The translations under genes were made by a program, and so were the position numbers. Shown here piece by piece: positions 13,011 to 26,185 of a stretch of 64,000 bases of DNA; the stretch's first letter is position 1, and the number at the start of each line of letters is the position of its first letter. The stretch covers positions 29,532,048 through 29,596,047 of the forward strand of contig NC_083409.1 in NCBI RefSeq assembly GCF_020745735.1. Reading direction: 5' to 3'. The notes beneath the pieces are model-generated. The model was not told the origin of the DNA. It did not search any database and was given only the letters and a program-made list of their open reading frames with translations. The stretch is from Hemiscyllium ocellatum. Lineage: Eukaryota.

Positions 13011-13419
13011 TCAGAAAAATAGGCAAAATAAGAAAAAAAAACAGGTGTAGTCAAAACCCAGCCAGAATTTGTTTGGGGGTATGGATTGATGTCTAAGTTG
13101 CTGAAATGAAGATTGATGTTGAAATAAAGTAACACAAATGGCATGCAAATGACGTCTGATGAGGTTAGGTGGTACAGCTTTCTCCAAACTGTGCACTCAA
13201 CAAACTCAGAGTAAAAAGGAATGGACACATGATAATAATGAGAACCATTTGTTAGTTTTATACAAAGCTTTTATGCATTTCTCAAGTTGAATTCCATAAG
13301 AGACAGGAAAAACCTTCAGACTATAAATGAATAAATATCACAATAACTTGTTTATTGCGTAGCTGAGGGAGAATTTTTTCCAATTAGTGCCTTAGTTCTG
13401 TTAGGCATGTGAGAGGTGA

Positions 13420-13785
13420 CCTGACTGATTCAGACTGGTTATTTCCCCTTGTGGTGAATCGAGAACGAGAGAGCATATTCTCAGAATAAGGGGTGACCCA
13501 GCTGAGACAGAAATGAAGAGGAATTTATATAAAGGAACCTGAGGGGCAACTTTTTCATGCAGAGGGTGGTGTGTGTATGCAACAACCTGCCAGAGAAATT
13601 GGTGGAGACAAGTACAATTGCAACATTTAAAAGGCATCTGGATGGTATATGAAATAGGAAGGGTTGAGAGGGAAATGGTCAAAATGCTGGCAAATGGGAC
13701 TAGATTAATTGGGAATATCTGGTCAGCATTGACTAGTTGGACTGAAGAATCTTTTCTGTGCTGTATAACTCTATGGCTATGTGGT
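13420..13785 (+). mobile_element. CR1 LINE 3' end (two subfamily pieces joined near 13527)
   Basis: FPLVV..R...LRI.G....EMKRNF then a second aggggcaactttttcatgcagagggtgg...; tail ctgtgctgtataactctatg. Confidence 0.82.
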
Positions 13786-14429
13786 TGAGTAGCATCAGTG
13801 GAGAGAAATGGAATGCATGGATAAGATTCATGAGAAGAATATAGAGTATATTAGTTTACTGTATTGGAACAACAGTTCTGCGTTAACATCAGAAAAGAAA
13901 ACTAAATGAAATAGTGTCCCATAGCTTGAGAGGCTGTTTCAGGAATGATGACTATTATGTAGTTTCACACTAATTTCTTTATATAGATTGATTCTGTTCT
14001 GAAGGATCATTGGCCAAAACTTTTCATTGTGGGATTACTGTAAAGGATTCCATTTTGTAGTTGTAATTTATTGAAACAGTGTCAGTGTCCAGATATCAGC
14101 GACTGATGCAATCTTCAGCATCTCTGCAAATTCTTCCTATTATCTTCTCTGCTTTGTAGAGAACAACCTTGGCCCCATTTAATCTCTTAATGTAACTGAA
14201 GTTCCACCCCTTGGCCTAATTCCTTGAATATCCTTTGTGTGTTTCAGAAGATCTTTAGACATCACACTACAAGAAAGATGTAGAATTCAGCATAGTATTT
14301 TAGTTGAAGTCCAGCCAGCAATCTATAAATTTGCTGTGTAAATGATTATTTATGTTCACATTTACATAATGCTTGGTATCTCTACTTACTTGGTTCTGTA
14401 TTGTGGATTCTTGGCAAGACACAAATACA

Positions 14430-14627
14430 GGAGAAAGTGAGGACTGCAGGTGCTGGAGATCAGAGCTGAAAATGTGTTGCTGGAAAAGTGCACCAGGTCA
14501 GGCAGCATCCAAGGAGCAGGAGAATCAATGTTTCGGGCCTGAAGAAGGGCTCATGTCCGAAATGTTGATTCTCCTGCTCCTTGGATGCTGCCTGACCTGC
14601 TGCGCTTTTCCAGCAACATACTTTCAG
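14430..14627. mobile_element. Fold-back Penelope pLTR mini-element with TSD
   Basis: Inverted arms ~14463-14538 and ~14555-14627; TSD caagacacaaa(t/c)aca at 14415-14429 and 14628-14642. Confidence 0.88.
14539..14572 (+). ncRNA. Minimal hammerhead ribozyme motif (decayed)
   Basis: CUGAAGA-A-GGGC UCAU GUCC-GAAA-UGUU; CpG-decayed core, native 5' stem I strand lost. Confidence 0.6.
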
Positions 14628-14879
14628 CAAGACACAAACACATCCTATGTCTTGATTTTCCAAGCTCATCGTTATTAGCAGGGCTCTTCTTCTCATTTTG
14701 CCAGTCTCTGAAATGTTAAGGATCCTGGTATATTTGGTTCCCAATCTTAGTTATTCTGCACCCATAAGTCTGTAATGGAATAAGATCAAATGTGTGAACT
14801 TCTGTTATTAATTCATCAATTTTCTTCCAAATGCTTTGCATATTGTACCTTAATTTGACATGGTTTCTATTTTTCTGTG

Positions 14880-15350
14880 ATGTCACCTGAGTTACTCCTA
14901 TTTCCTCTGCTGAACTATTTAAACTTTACTTCATCCCTCTTACTTTTACCCAAACTGTTGCTGTTTCGTAGAGTCTTGACAATTTCTTTATTTTTGAATT
15001 TAGTCATCTCTGAATTCTTCGTTAGTCGTTTAAAACCAACTCCCATCTTAGGTATTTAATTCACTTGGGCACCTTCATGCTCAGCAAGCTAACTTACATA
15101 CATATCATTTGGGCACTGTTTGCAGTCTGTTTGAATTGAACATGTCCCAACAGAACACATGAGGTACCAGTGCTCAATGAATCAGAATCCCTGTCTCCCA
15201 CACTATTGTTTCAGCCATACATGATTCAGAAACAATACAAAGATTATTGCCTCTGAGGGCTCACGATTTAATTTCAATCTGAGCTACTCAAACCCTCCTA
15301 GCAGAACTCCATCCTGTTGTAGCTATGTGACTGGTTCATGATAGGTCCAT
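14880..15350 (-). mobile_element. Old CR1 ORF1/ORF2-junction relic
   Basis: Reverse similarity to the ORF1 esterase region at 40540-40880. Confidence 0.5.
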
Positions 15351-15359
15351 CCAGATTCC

Positions 15360-18300
15360 CATCATCCATTAGGTGAAAACTCTATTCCATATGTCTGCTT
15401 TAAACCTCTTGCCCTTACCTTAAATCCATGCCCCCTTGGTCATTGATCCTTCCACCAAAGGCAAAAAAAATTCTTCCTGTCTACTCTCTCTGTGCCACTC
15501 ATAATTTTCTATATCTTAGTCATGTTCCCCGTTCCCCACCCGCCCCGTCACTCTCCTCTGCTCCAAAGCAATCAACTCCAGTCCATACAATCTCTGTTCA
15601 TAACGAAAATTGTCCAGCCCAGGCCACATACTAGTAAACACCCTCTGAACTTTGTTCATTGCGATCATATCTTTCCGATCATGTGGGTTCCAGAACTACA
15701 CTCACGATACTTTAGGTGTGGCTTAACCAACTTTTTTTTTTACAGTTTCGGCATAATCTCCCTGATCTTCAACTTTATGGCTCGGCTAATAAAGTCTGGA
15801 ATTTATATGCCGGCTTAACCATTTTATCTGACCTACTACCTTAAGGTACTGGTGGGCATGCAAACCAAGGTTCTCCTTATTCTCTGTGCTTCTCAGCCTT
15901 CTGTCATTTGTCTTGAGTTACCTTGTTTGTCCTGCCCAAATGTATCACCTCACATTTGAATTGCATTTCTCACTAATCAATCCATCTGTGTCCTCCTATA
16001 ACCTAAAGTCATTCTTCTAACTGCTTATCACCCCACTAATCTTTGAATGCTTTACAAAATTACTGATCAGCCCTCCTTCATTGAAATCTAATTAGTTTGT
16101 ATCTCCCATGAAAAGCAAGAATCCTAACACCAATCCCTATGAAACCGCATTGTGCATGAGGATTCCAGTCACGTAATCACCCCTCTGCCTCTTGCCACTC
16201 AGACAATTCTGGATCTAATTAGCTAAATTTCCTTGGATCCTATGTCCTCTTAGCCTTGTTATCAGTTTCCCAGTGGGACATTGTCAAAGGCCTCGCTGAA
16301 GTCCAAGTAGACCACTTCAACTGCATTGTCCTCGCCTATACACCTGGTCACCTCTTGCAAAACTTCTGTCAGATTGGTCAGGCATTGATTTTGCCCTAAC
16401 AAAACCATACTGACTGTTCTTGATTAATTTCTGCCTCTCCACATATAGATTAATTCTGTTCTTTAGAAATTCTTCTAATAGTTTCCTCGCCACTGCGGTT
16501 AAGTTGACTATGTGTATTTTCCTATTTTATATGTTGTTCCCTACTTCAATAATGGTACCACATTGGCTGTCCTCCATTCTTTTGGCACCTCTGCTGTGCC
16601 AGAGAGGAATTGAAAATTATTGCCAGTGCCCCTGATATTTTCTCCCTTATCTCACTCAACAGCTTGGAATACATTTCACCTAGCCATGAAGGCTTATTTA
16701 CTTTTAAGCCTGCCAGACCAGTTACGATCTCTCTGTTTATGCCAATTTATTTCACTATATTGCAGTCCTTCTCCGTGTTTTCGATACTAAAATCATCCCT
16801 ATCACTAGTGAACACTGACAAGCAATGTTTATTTAGAACCTTACCTATATTGTCTGATTGCATGCACAAATTATTGATTTATTGCAGTGGTGGCAGCGCT
16901 AATATATGAGGAAAGATTTAGTCAGGTAGGATTGTATTGACTGGAGTTGAGAAGAATGAGGAGGTGGAATCTTATTGAAACCTGTCAAATCCTAACAGGA
17001 CTAGACAGGTTAGCTGTAGGAAGGATGGTGGGGAGGTCCAGGACCAGGGGTCATAGTTTCAGGATGGGGGGAGTGGTAGGGGGTAAACCTTTGAGGACTG
17101 AAATGAGGAGAAATTTCTTCACCCGGTGAGTGTGTGGAAATCACTACCACAGAAAGTGGTTGAGGCTAAAACATTGTGTTTTCAGGAAGGAGGTAGATAT
17201 AGCTTGTGCGGCACACGAAATGAATGACTGGGTTGAGGGAGCAGAGATATGATTAGCATACAGAGTTCGATGATCAACCATGATCATATTGAATGGGGGA
17301 GCAAGTTCCAGGGGTTGCATGGATTACTCCTGCTCCTATCTTTTGTGTTTCTTTGTTTCTGTTACTACTGTGGTCCTCAATGGGCCCTAGTCTTTTTCCC
17401 AGTTATCCCTTAACAAACTTTTAAAGCAATTTTGGATTTTCTTTTGGTTTTCCATATGTTCTTTTTTGCCTTGCTAATTTCCTGTTGCTAGGAAGTTTAA
17501 GTTTTAAGTTTCCTGTTGCATATTCCGCACTCTTCTCGGTCTTCTGTTGTTATGAGCATTTGGTATGTGCCATAAGCCTCTCCTTTTGTCTTTCTCTAAT
17601 CCTGTATATCCCTTGATATCCAACATTCCCTGGATTTGTTGGTCCCACTCTTTATTGGGACATGGTGGCCCTGTACTCACTGACACCATATCCCCCATCT
17701 TTTAATTTGCATCGTCAACTCATCTGACTTGGTTGCCAAACTCCTTGCATTAAAGTAAATACTCTCCAACGTTGCCAAAAAACCTTCTCCATCAGAAGTA
17801 GCAAACCTCCCCACACGTATACTGTTCCTATTCTGGTTCAGGTACAACCCTTCCACTGTGGTCCAACTGCACCCAACAATGGTACCATTGTCCCGGAAAT
17901 CTAAAGCCATTCCACCGGCATCATTTCTCCACTTGTCTGGATTAGCTTTGTTTCCTTATACATTAGCATGTGGCACTGGAAGAAATCTAATATAGAAGAG
18001 ATTACAACCTTTTTTTGGTTTATTAAAAATCTACTTCCTAGCTCCCTAAATCCTGCTTGCAGGACTGCATCCTTTTTTCTACCTAAGTAATTGAAACCAA
18101 TATATTCAAGACCTCTGACTATTTTCCCTTCCCCTTTCGAATGCTTTGCAGCTATTCAGTGTCCCTGGCACCAGGACACAACATGCCATCCTGAAGTATG
18201 TGGCAGCTATATAAATACCTGTCTGTTCCCTTTTACATTTGAGTTCCCTGTCACTATGGCCTACTATTGTTCTTCTCCTCATTTGCACAGGCCTACCATG

Positions 18301-18380
18301 GTGCCATCAAGTTCACTCCCACTGCTTTCCCCTGCACAATCATCTCGCCCAACAGTATCCATAATGATATGGGTGTAATG
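15360..18380 (-). mobile_element. Old, long, fragmented CR1 LINE (ORF1-APE-RT), interrupted at ~16900-17360
   Basis: ESIYFNARSLATKSDEL (APE start) at 17677-17910; aaggcctcgctgaagtccaagtagac (VYLDFSEAFD) near 16290; 3' end near 15380-15600. Confidence 0.8.
16900..17362 (+). mobile_element. CR1 LINE 3' end nested in older CR1
   Basis: RRMRRWNLIETCQILTGLDRL...RTEMRRNFFT; tail ctcctgctcctatcttttgtgtttctttgtttct. Confidence 0.87.
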
Positions 18381-18789
18381 CATTTTTCTCAGTGAGTTAT
18401 TTCCAGATTTTCACGATGCATTGTAATGAAAGTTAAGGTGAAATGGAACATAAAGGAAACATGCGTATTTGCAGTTATAAGTTTATTGAATTGACGTGAT
18501 AGATAGAATTGGGAGAGGAAGAAGGAAAATTGGTGAAACTTCAGCTGCAGAGAAGTCTTTAATCTATTTCACAAAGAGCTTGTGAATTTTTCCTCCAGTA
18601 TTTAGGATGCATTTGGTAAATCTTGTGAGCTTAACTGTCATTTTTTTAATAACAGTAAAGCGAATTGAAATATTGGAATTAGACAAAGTTGTTCTCTCAG
18701 TCATTTGTATATTGGGGAATTAAGCTGACACAAAAGTTGTGTGGTCATTTTAAGCACTCACATGATGTGACAAAAAGTATTTTGTCAGC

Positions 18790-19590
18790 CCAACCATTCT
18801 TAACTGTTTCATCAATTTCACCTTCTCTACATAATAAGGATAGGGTGAGGATGTTCTCTCATGATTGCATGCTGTTCAGTACCATTCATGATTCCTCCTA
18901 TACTGTAGTGCAAGTCCAAATGCAGCCAGACCTGGTCAGTATGAAAACTTAGCCTGAAAAATGGCAACTAACATTTGTAAAACACAAATGGCAGGCAATC
19001 ACCATCCCCAATAAGACACAACCTAACCGTTGGTGCTTGACATTCAGTGAATGTCTACAAGACACAAGTCAGATTTGTCCTAGGACACTTCCCCTTGTCT
19101 CGATGAGTACAGCTGCTAAAGCAGTCAAGAACCGTGACATCAGCCAGAACAAAACAGCACACCCGATTGGCATCACATCCACAAATGCCCATTCCCTTTA
19201 CCTTTAATGCTTAGTAGCAGCAGTGTATACCAATTACAAAATGCCCTGCAGAAATTCACCAAAGCTTCTTGCACCTTCCAAACTCATCACCACTTCCATT
19301 TAGAAGGATAAAGGCAGTAGAGGCATGGGAACACCACCACCTGCAAGTTCCCTTTCAAGCCACTCACCAGCCTGCATTGGAAATGTTTCGCTGTGCCTTC
19401 AGCTTTGGGTCAAAATCCTGGAATTTGCTCCCTTATGGTGCAGTGGTGTAGTGAGAGCACATTGCCTGCAGTGGTTCAAGAAGGGCAACTCACCACCACC
19501 TTCTCAAATGCAACTAGCGATGGGCAATAAATGCTGGCTAGCCAGTGACACTGACATCCCATGAGCCTTTTTGTTTGAAAAAAAATCCCA
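18790..19590 (+). mobile_element. CR1-group LINE family B, 3' part
   Basis: RT relic (VRMFSHDCMLFSTI) and tail gggcaataaatgctggctagccagtgacactgacatcccatg. Confidence 0.85.
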
Positions 19591-20289
19591 TGAGTGAAAA
19601 ATAAAAATAAATTTGGTGTAAAACTATCTCAATCTACGGAGATAGTTCTTCTAAACTTGGCAAAAACGTATGAAAAAGACATGAACATTGTAGTCTTTCA
19701 GCTAAGTCTGCAGTATATAATATCTAGCTATTTGTCTCTGATGTAATATAGCTGTAAGCTTTTCTTTTGCAGACTAATGTGGTACAGCCATACGAGCATG
19801 CTAATTAAACAGAATTAAATAAGTATGTTTCGTGACTTAATCATCTTTTGAGAATTCACCTCTGGTTTGTTTAAATGTTTGTGGGGAATTATCTTGAAAA
19901 TCACAACGACTAATATGAATAAGGAAAACACATGAAATCAAATCAGAGAGAATATTACTTAACTTTAGGATTCTTTGCTTCTGTATTTGGTTTATCTGAG
20001 CCATCAACAATTAACAGAATAGGGAATGCAATGGAGCAAGTTAACAAAAGACTCAGTACAATTACCCATCTGTTGCATTAGCTGGCTGCTTAGGTGAACA
20101 GATGGTTGCTTGAAGGACAACTTCTAGTGTTAGCTCCCAAAGATTCAAGATTTGTATTATTACGCATGCAGATTAGTGGGTGAAAGTTAACATTTCGACT
20201 TGTGCAGCCCAATGTAGTTGCATTAACATGCTGGATTAATTCAACAACTGTTCCCTTCAAGAGTCTGTAAAGGCATCTGGACTGGCACA

Positions 20290-21730
20290 GTGATGAATAA
20301 AAAGGTGACAGATGGAGTACAAGCTATGGAAATTTGTAAATATCTACTTTCGGAAGAACAAAAAGACAGCATTTTTTAAAATGGTGACGAATGTGTCAAT
20401 GCTTGGCTTCAGGAGGACTCTTGGACTTGATTCAAAAAAAATGTTACTATGCAGGTACAGCAAACAATTGAGGAGGCAGATATGGTATTTCAACTGTTAT
20501 TGTAAGGGGATTGTAAGTCATTGATATACTGTAGATTGTCAACAACTGAGGCCCAAGGACTGAGACATGCCAACCAGAGAAAGACTATTTATCTCAGCTG
20601 TCTGCTTTTTGTTGGCTCATTAATCCTTTCTTTTTCCAAGTTTAATGCATTACTCCTAACCTAGTATGATCTAACCTCATGTATTAACTCTTTATGTGTC
20701 ACTTTGTCAAATGCACCTTGGGAGTTTAGATATATTATTATCCATTATCCATTTTGCCTGTTAGATCTTTGAAGAACTCGAGAAAATTAGTTAAACCATA
20801 ATTTACCCTTCATACCTAGCTGCCTGTGATGGATTGCATTTTGTCATTCCATTTGTTCCATTACTATTTCCTTAACAATTATTTCTAACAATTTTCCAGC
20901 CACAGATGTTAAACTAACTGGTCTATAATTTTCTACATTCTGCCTCCCTCCTGTTTGAATAGTGGTGTTACATTAGCATTTTTCCAATCCACTGGAACCT
21001 TTTCAGTATGTAGGAGTTTTAGAATATGATAACTGATGCATTCACTATTGCATTTGCCAGTTCGTTTAAAACTGTAGGATTTAGGTCATGAGGCCATTGG
21101 GCCTTTCAACCTAATAGTTTGCTCAGAACTTTTTCCCTGAGTGATGATGATTGTTTTAAGTTTCTTCTTTTCTATAACCTTTGTATTACTTAGAATCATA
21201 GCATCCCTATAGTGTGGAAGCAGGCCATTCAGATCATTGAGCACACACTGGTCAGAGGAATAGAATGACAATTTATCTAAATGGAAAGAAATTTCAAAGT
21301 GCTTTGTTGGAAAGGGATCTGGGTGTCCTCATGCATTACAGAAAACTACTTTGCTTGTACAACAGGTAATAAGGAAGGCAAATGAACTTTGCGCATTTAT
21401 TACTTAAGTAATGAAGTATAAAAGTAAGGAACTGTTGTTGCAGTTGCACAAGGCCTTAGTGAAACCACACTTGGAGTATTGTGCGCAATTTTAGGCCCTT
21501 TACATGAGGACGGATTAGATATGCTGGAAGCAGTTCAGAGGAAGTTGACTGGAAAGATTCCAGAGATGAGTGGTTTGTCTTGTCCAGAGAGGTTGAGCAG
21601 TTAAGCCCTACACACTCCAGAGTTTAAAAGAAGTAGCATAAGTCTTATTGAGGTATATAAAATGCTAAAGGAAATTGACAAAGTCGATGTAGAGAAGATG
21701 TTTTCATATGTGGGGCAACCTAGAACGTTT
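20290..21730. mobile_element. Cluster of decayed CR1 fragments (+ 20290-20520; - 20690-21250; + 21270-21730)
   Basis: CR1 RT/C-terminal motifs, e.g. LVKPHLEYCAQF near 21455, reverse NYRPVSLTSV near 20900. Confidence 0.72.
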
Positions 21731-22469
21731 TTGGGTTTCAGTGGTGTGGACGTCTAGTATGTGAATTGCCATTCAGAACACTGAGCAAAAGACTGCTTTT
21801 CTAAGGAAGATGAGCTACCTGGTGAGATATTTGTTGCTTATTGTTGACTTGAGCTTTTATCACTTAAAGATTGGAAGTCACAGGTCTGAAACACACAGCA
21901 GTTCAGAAGAAAAGATCCATTCCAGTAGGAGTGCTGTTTCACAGCTTTAAAATAATCAAAGCCTTGAGTTTATTTCTTCGCAATCTGTGAGATAAGTCAG
22001 GCATTGGCTGGATGGCTGTTTTAATGAGATCTTTCTAAAATTATCCAAAATATATGCAGTGTTTTGTTTTTTTTATGTCCAAATTGGATCCCAACAATGC
22101 TACAGCAGAAGAAACTATGAGGGGAGATCTTGTCGTGCAGTGAGTAACATCTCTATGTCAAAGCTAGAAACTCCACATTTGGGTCCTGCTCCTGGACCAG
22201 ACGATAATTGCATTCACAATGTGGTCCAAATGGGTTGATTATCAATTGGTCAATTCTTCCAATGCGCAGAATGTGATAAGGACTGATAAGAGTGAGAGCA
22301 TCTCCTGATAAGCCATGCCTGTTGAAAAATCACACCTCTTAAGCTGCAGTCCCTGGCAGCAGGCGAGCAACTTGTTTCTCTTTGTGGGAAAATAATTAAG
22401 ATCATAAGAACAAGTAATGGCATAACTTTGGATTTTGCTTCTCCTGTTTGTTCTTCAATCTCTTGTCAC

Positions 22470-24955
22470 TAAAAGGATCAAGAGATATGGGGGAAAGGTG
22501 ATGTTGGGGTATTGAGCTCAATGATGAGCCATGATTATAATCATCAAGCACCAAGTTGAGCTGGTTGACTCCTAAAGGATGTTGCTGCTCAACTGGGACT
22601 GCAGCAGGCAGGGAGGAAACCAACAAGAGAGAGAAAAGTACTCAACCTCATCCTTACCAATCTGCCAGCTGCAAATGCATCTGTCCATGACAATATCGGA
22701 AAGACTAACCGCCATACAGTCCTTGAGATGAAACCCACCTTCACGTTGAGAATACACTCTATCGTATTATGTGCACTATGACCGTGTTAAATGAGACAGA
22801 CTTTGAACAGATCTAGCAACTCAAGACTGAACAACTGAGCATCTATGAAACACTGTGGGCCATCAGCAGCAGCAGAATTGTATTCTCAACATAATCTACA
22901 ACCTCATGGCATTTTCTTCCAACTTAACCATTACTGTCAAACCACGGGATCAACCCTGGTTCAAAGAAGAGTGCAAGAGGACATTCCAGGAGCAACACTA
23001 AGCATCTCTAAAATTGACTTGTCAACCTGGTCAAACTACCAGAGAGGACTGCATGTGGTCAAAGCAGCATAAGCACCTAGTGATATACAGAGCTAAACAA
23101 TCCTACAATCAGTGGATCAGATCTAAGCTCTGAATCCTGCCACATCCAGTTATGAATGATAGTGAATAATTTTGCAAATCACTGGAGAAGGGTGGTCTAT
23201 AAATATCCCATCCTCAATGCTGGAAGAGCCCATCAGTATAAAAGAAGCATTTGCAGAAGCATTGGCAAAAATCTTCAGCCAGAAGTGCTAAGCAGATGAT
23301 CCATCTTGACCTCCCCTCGTGTTCCCAGAATCACAGGTGCCATTCTTCAGCCAATTCTGTTCACTCCACATGGTGTCAGGAAACAGTTGGCACTATATAC
23401 TGTGAAGCCTCTGGGCTCCTCCAACAGTTTGACAGTAGTTTTGAAGACTTGCACTCCAGAACCTGCTACATCCTGAACCAAGTTTATTTCATTATAACTG
23501 GCATCTACCCGAAAATGTGGGAAATTACCCACATCTTCGGAATGCGACTTGAGAAAAGTTCTGGGATATACATACTAATGAATCGAAGCCTGCAGTCCAT
23601 TCTAAAGGATGAAAGACTTAACAGCCATCTAGGTTTGTTCAATGTATTGTATCAGTTGCATGACACTTTGATCTTGTGCTATAAATTCTGTGTCTTATGA
23701 TCCTGCTCCACGAGCTCTTTGATAAAGAAGCAGTGCTCCGAAAACTGATACTTCCAAATAAACCTGTTGGGCTATAACCTGGTGTTGTGTGATATTTAAC
23801 TTTGTCCACCTCAGTCCAACACCGGCATCTCCTCATCTTAATTATAGATGACAGAGCTAAATTCCAGATATGAGTTAAGAGTGACAGCCTTTGAAATGAA
23901 GGTTGTGTTTGACCAAGTGTGGTGTCAAGGAGGTCTAGCAAAACTGGAATCAATGGGAATCAGTGCATAAACTCTCCTCTGATTGGAGTCATAGCAGGAC
24001 ATAGGAAGATAGTTGTAGTTGGAGGTCAGTCATCTCAGTTCCAGGACACACTCAGTACAGTGTCCTAGGCGCAACCATCTTCAGCTGCTTCATCAATGAC
24101 CTTGCCTTCGTCATGAGGTCAGAAGTTGGGATGTTCATTGATGATGATGCCATGTTTAGTACAGTTTGCAACTCCTCACATATTGAAGCCATCATTGTTC
24201 AAATGCACCAAGATATGGTCAATATATAGGCTTGAGCTGACAGTTGGCAATTAACATTTGTGACAATTAGAGACAATCTAACCACCACCCTTGGCATTCG
24301 ATGGTATTGCCATCACTGAATTCCCCATTATCGACATCTTGGGGATTATCATTGACCTGAAACTCAGCTGGACTTGCCTGGCTACAAGAGCAGGTCAGAA
24401 GTTAGGAATACTGCAGTGAGGACCTCATAATGCCAAAGCCTGCCCACCATCTACAAGGCACAAATCAGGAGTGTGATGGAATACTCGCCACTTGCCTGGA
24501 TGGGTGCAACTCCAACAAAACTGAAGGAGCTTGATACCATCCAGGACAAAGCAGCCAGCTTGGTTGGCACCACATCCCTAAGCATCCACCGCCTACACTC
24601 AGTCATAACAGTGTGTACTAGCTACAAGATGCACTGCAGAACTTCACCAAAGATCCTCAGACAGCATCTTCTAAACCCGCAACCACTTACATCTAGAAGG
24701 ACAAGGGCAGCAGATACATGGGAACACCACTGCCTGCAAGCTCCCCTTCAAACCACTCACCATCTGGACTTGGAAATACATCACTGTTCCTTCACTGTCG
24801 TTGGGTCAAAATCCTTTAATTTCCTCCCTTAGAGCTTTCTGGGTCAGCCTGTAGCACATGGACTGCAGCTCATCACCACCTTCTCAAGGGCAACTAGGGA
24901 CAAACAATAAATGCTAGCCAGCCAGTAACACCCACATCCCTAGTTGAAAAAAAAT
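22470..24955 (+). mobile_element. CR1-group LINE family B, longest copy (APE end + RT + tail), interrupted by Penelope
   Basis: SVLGATIFSCFINDL...VGMFIDD at 24058-24147; MEYSPLAWMGA..T.LK.LDTIQDKAA; A-rich end at 24946-24954. Confidence 0.88.
23530..23838 (+). mobile_element. Penelope-like element 3' UTR/pLTR (family 2) with decayed hammerhead at ~23715-23750
   Basis: Reverse complement of 25470-25680 (ctataacctggtgttgtgtga; ttgataaagaagcagtgctccgaaaact). Confidence 0.8.
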
Positions 24956-25519
24956 GTTTTGCTTTTCAGTAAACCCAGATGGCTGCTCATTATAATATAG
25001 CCATCTTCATCCAGGAGTTTGGTAAATGGAAGAATGATCTCAAACTTAAGCCCTCATTAAATATTTGAGACAATCCTTTCCATCCTTTGCTCTGGCCAAT
25101 ATGTGGCCAGATAAATTTTGACCAAGGAGCTGGCGAATGGATTGTTTTTGTCATTTGGCTCTGTGCGGTTATGTTTATTACATGACTTTTTGAGGTTTGT
25201 GATGCAGTACCCTGCTGCTTCCTGAATTTTGTGTTTCAGGATGATATGCCATAATATTTATAAAAATATAATTTATTTATTTTCGCTTTGTTTTTCTTTG
25301 CTCTTCTTTCCACTGGTTAATTAACAAAATACTTTCCTTCAACCTGGTGAATAGAATCTTGTATTTGGTTCATGGGGTTGCTCCATCTTGTGCTTCAGAA
25401 ATCCTCCTCAGGGCTGCCCACTTAGATACCCCAACAAAAATTAAAATACCCGCCTTTTTCAATCATAGTTAAAAATCACACAACACCAGGTTATAGTCCA
25501 ACAAGTTTAATTGGAAGCA

Positions 25520-25554
25520 CACTAGCTTTCGGAGCGACGCTCCTTCATCAGGTG
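25520..25554 (-). ncRNA. Minimal type-I hammerhead ribozyme (intact, family 2)
   Basis: CAC-CUGAUGA-A-GGAGC GUC GCUCC-GAAA-GCUA|GUG: intact core, 5-bp stem II, CAC/GUG stem I, palindromic AGCU in place of helix III. Confidence 0.85.
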
Positions 25555-25945
25555 ATAGTGGAGGGCTCAATCGTAACACAGAATTTATAGCAAAAATTTG
25601 CAGTGTGATGTAACTGGAATTAGACATTGAAAAATTGATTGTCTGTTAAGCCTTTTATCTGTTAGAATACAGTGATCATTTCACTTCTTTCATGTCTAAA
25701 TCACAAAACCCTTCTTTTTAAAGTTGCATTCTTGGGTTAGCTGCTAACAATGGTGATAGCTAGACAATATGTTGAAGGTGTTGGCCCCCTGTGTTCTCTG
25801 TCTATGACCTGATGTTTAGATTGATTCTAATCTAATAAGTGAGATAAGTGTTTGACATAAATTCATGCAGTTTTTAAGCTCAGAGTTCTACATGAATGTA
25901 TGCAGTTTTTGAGCAAAGTGCAATGTAACTCTGCAATAAAAACAT

Positions 25946-26138
25946 ATGTGTGCATGTGGGTCTTTGTCTGTCTGTGTCTGTCTGTCTGTCTGGGGTGGGG
26001 TGTATGTGTGTGTGTGTCTGTATGTATATTGTGGGTGCAGAGTGTCTTAAGTCTGCGAGGGGGTGCATGTGTGAGCAAGGGGGTGTCTGTGCGTCTGTGT
26101 GTACCTGTGTCCGTGTGTATGTGTGAGTGTGTGTAGGA

Positions 26139-26170
<32 letters not shown>
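25946..26170. repeat. (TG)n / (TCTG)n microsatellite in the Penelope 3' UTR
   Basis: Directly visible; perfect TG run at ~26140-26170. Confidence 0.95.
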
Positions 26171-26173
<3 letters not shown>

Positions 26174-26185
26174 GTGCAATGATGA

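Noticed and set aside
13995-14025. Additional hammerhead-like relic (ttctgaaggatcattggccaaaac)
   Set aside because: Core too degenerate and no pLTR tail follows.
14373-14744. Overlapping ORFs on both strands with the same peptide (CCWKSA.GQAASKEQENQ)
   Set aside because: Caused by the pLTR palindrome, not protein coding.
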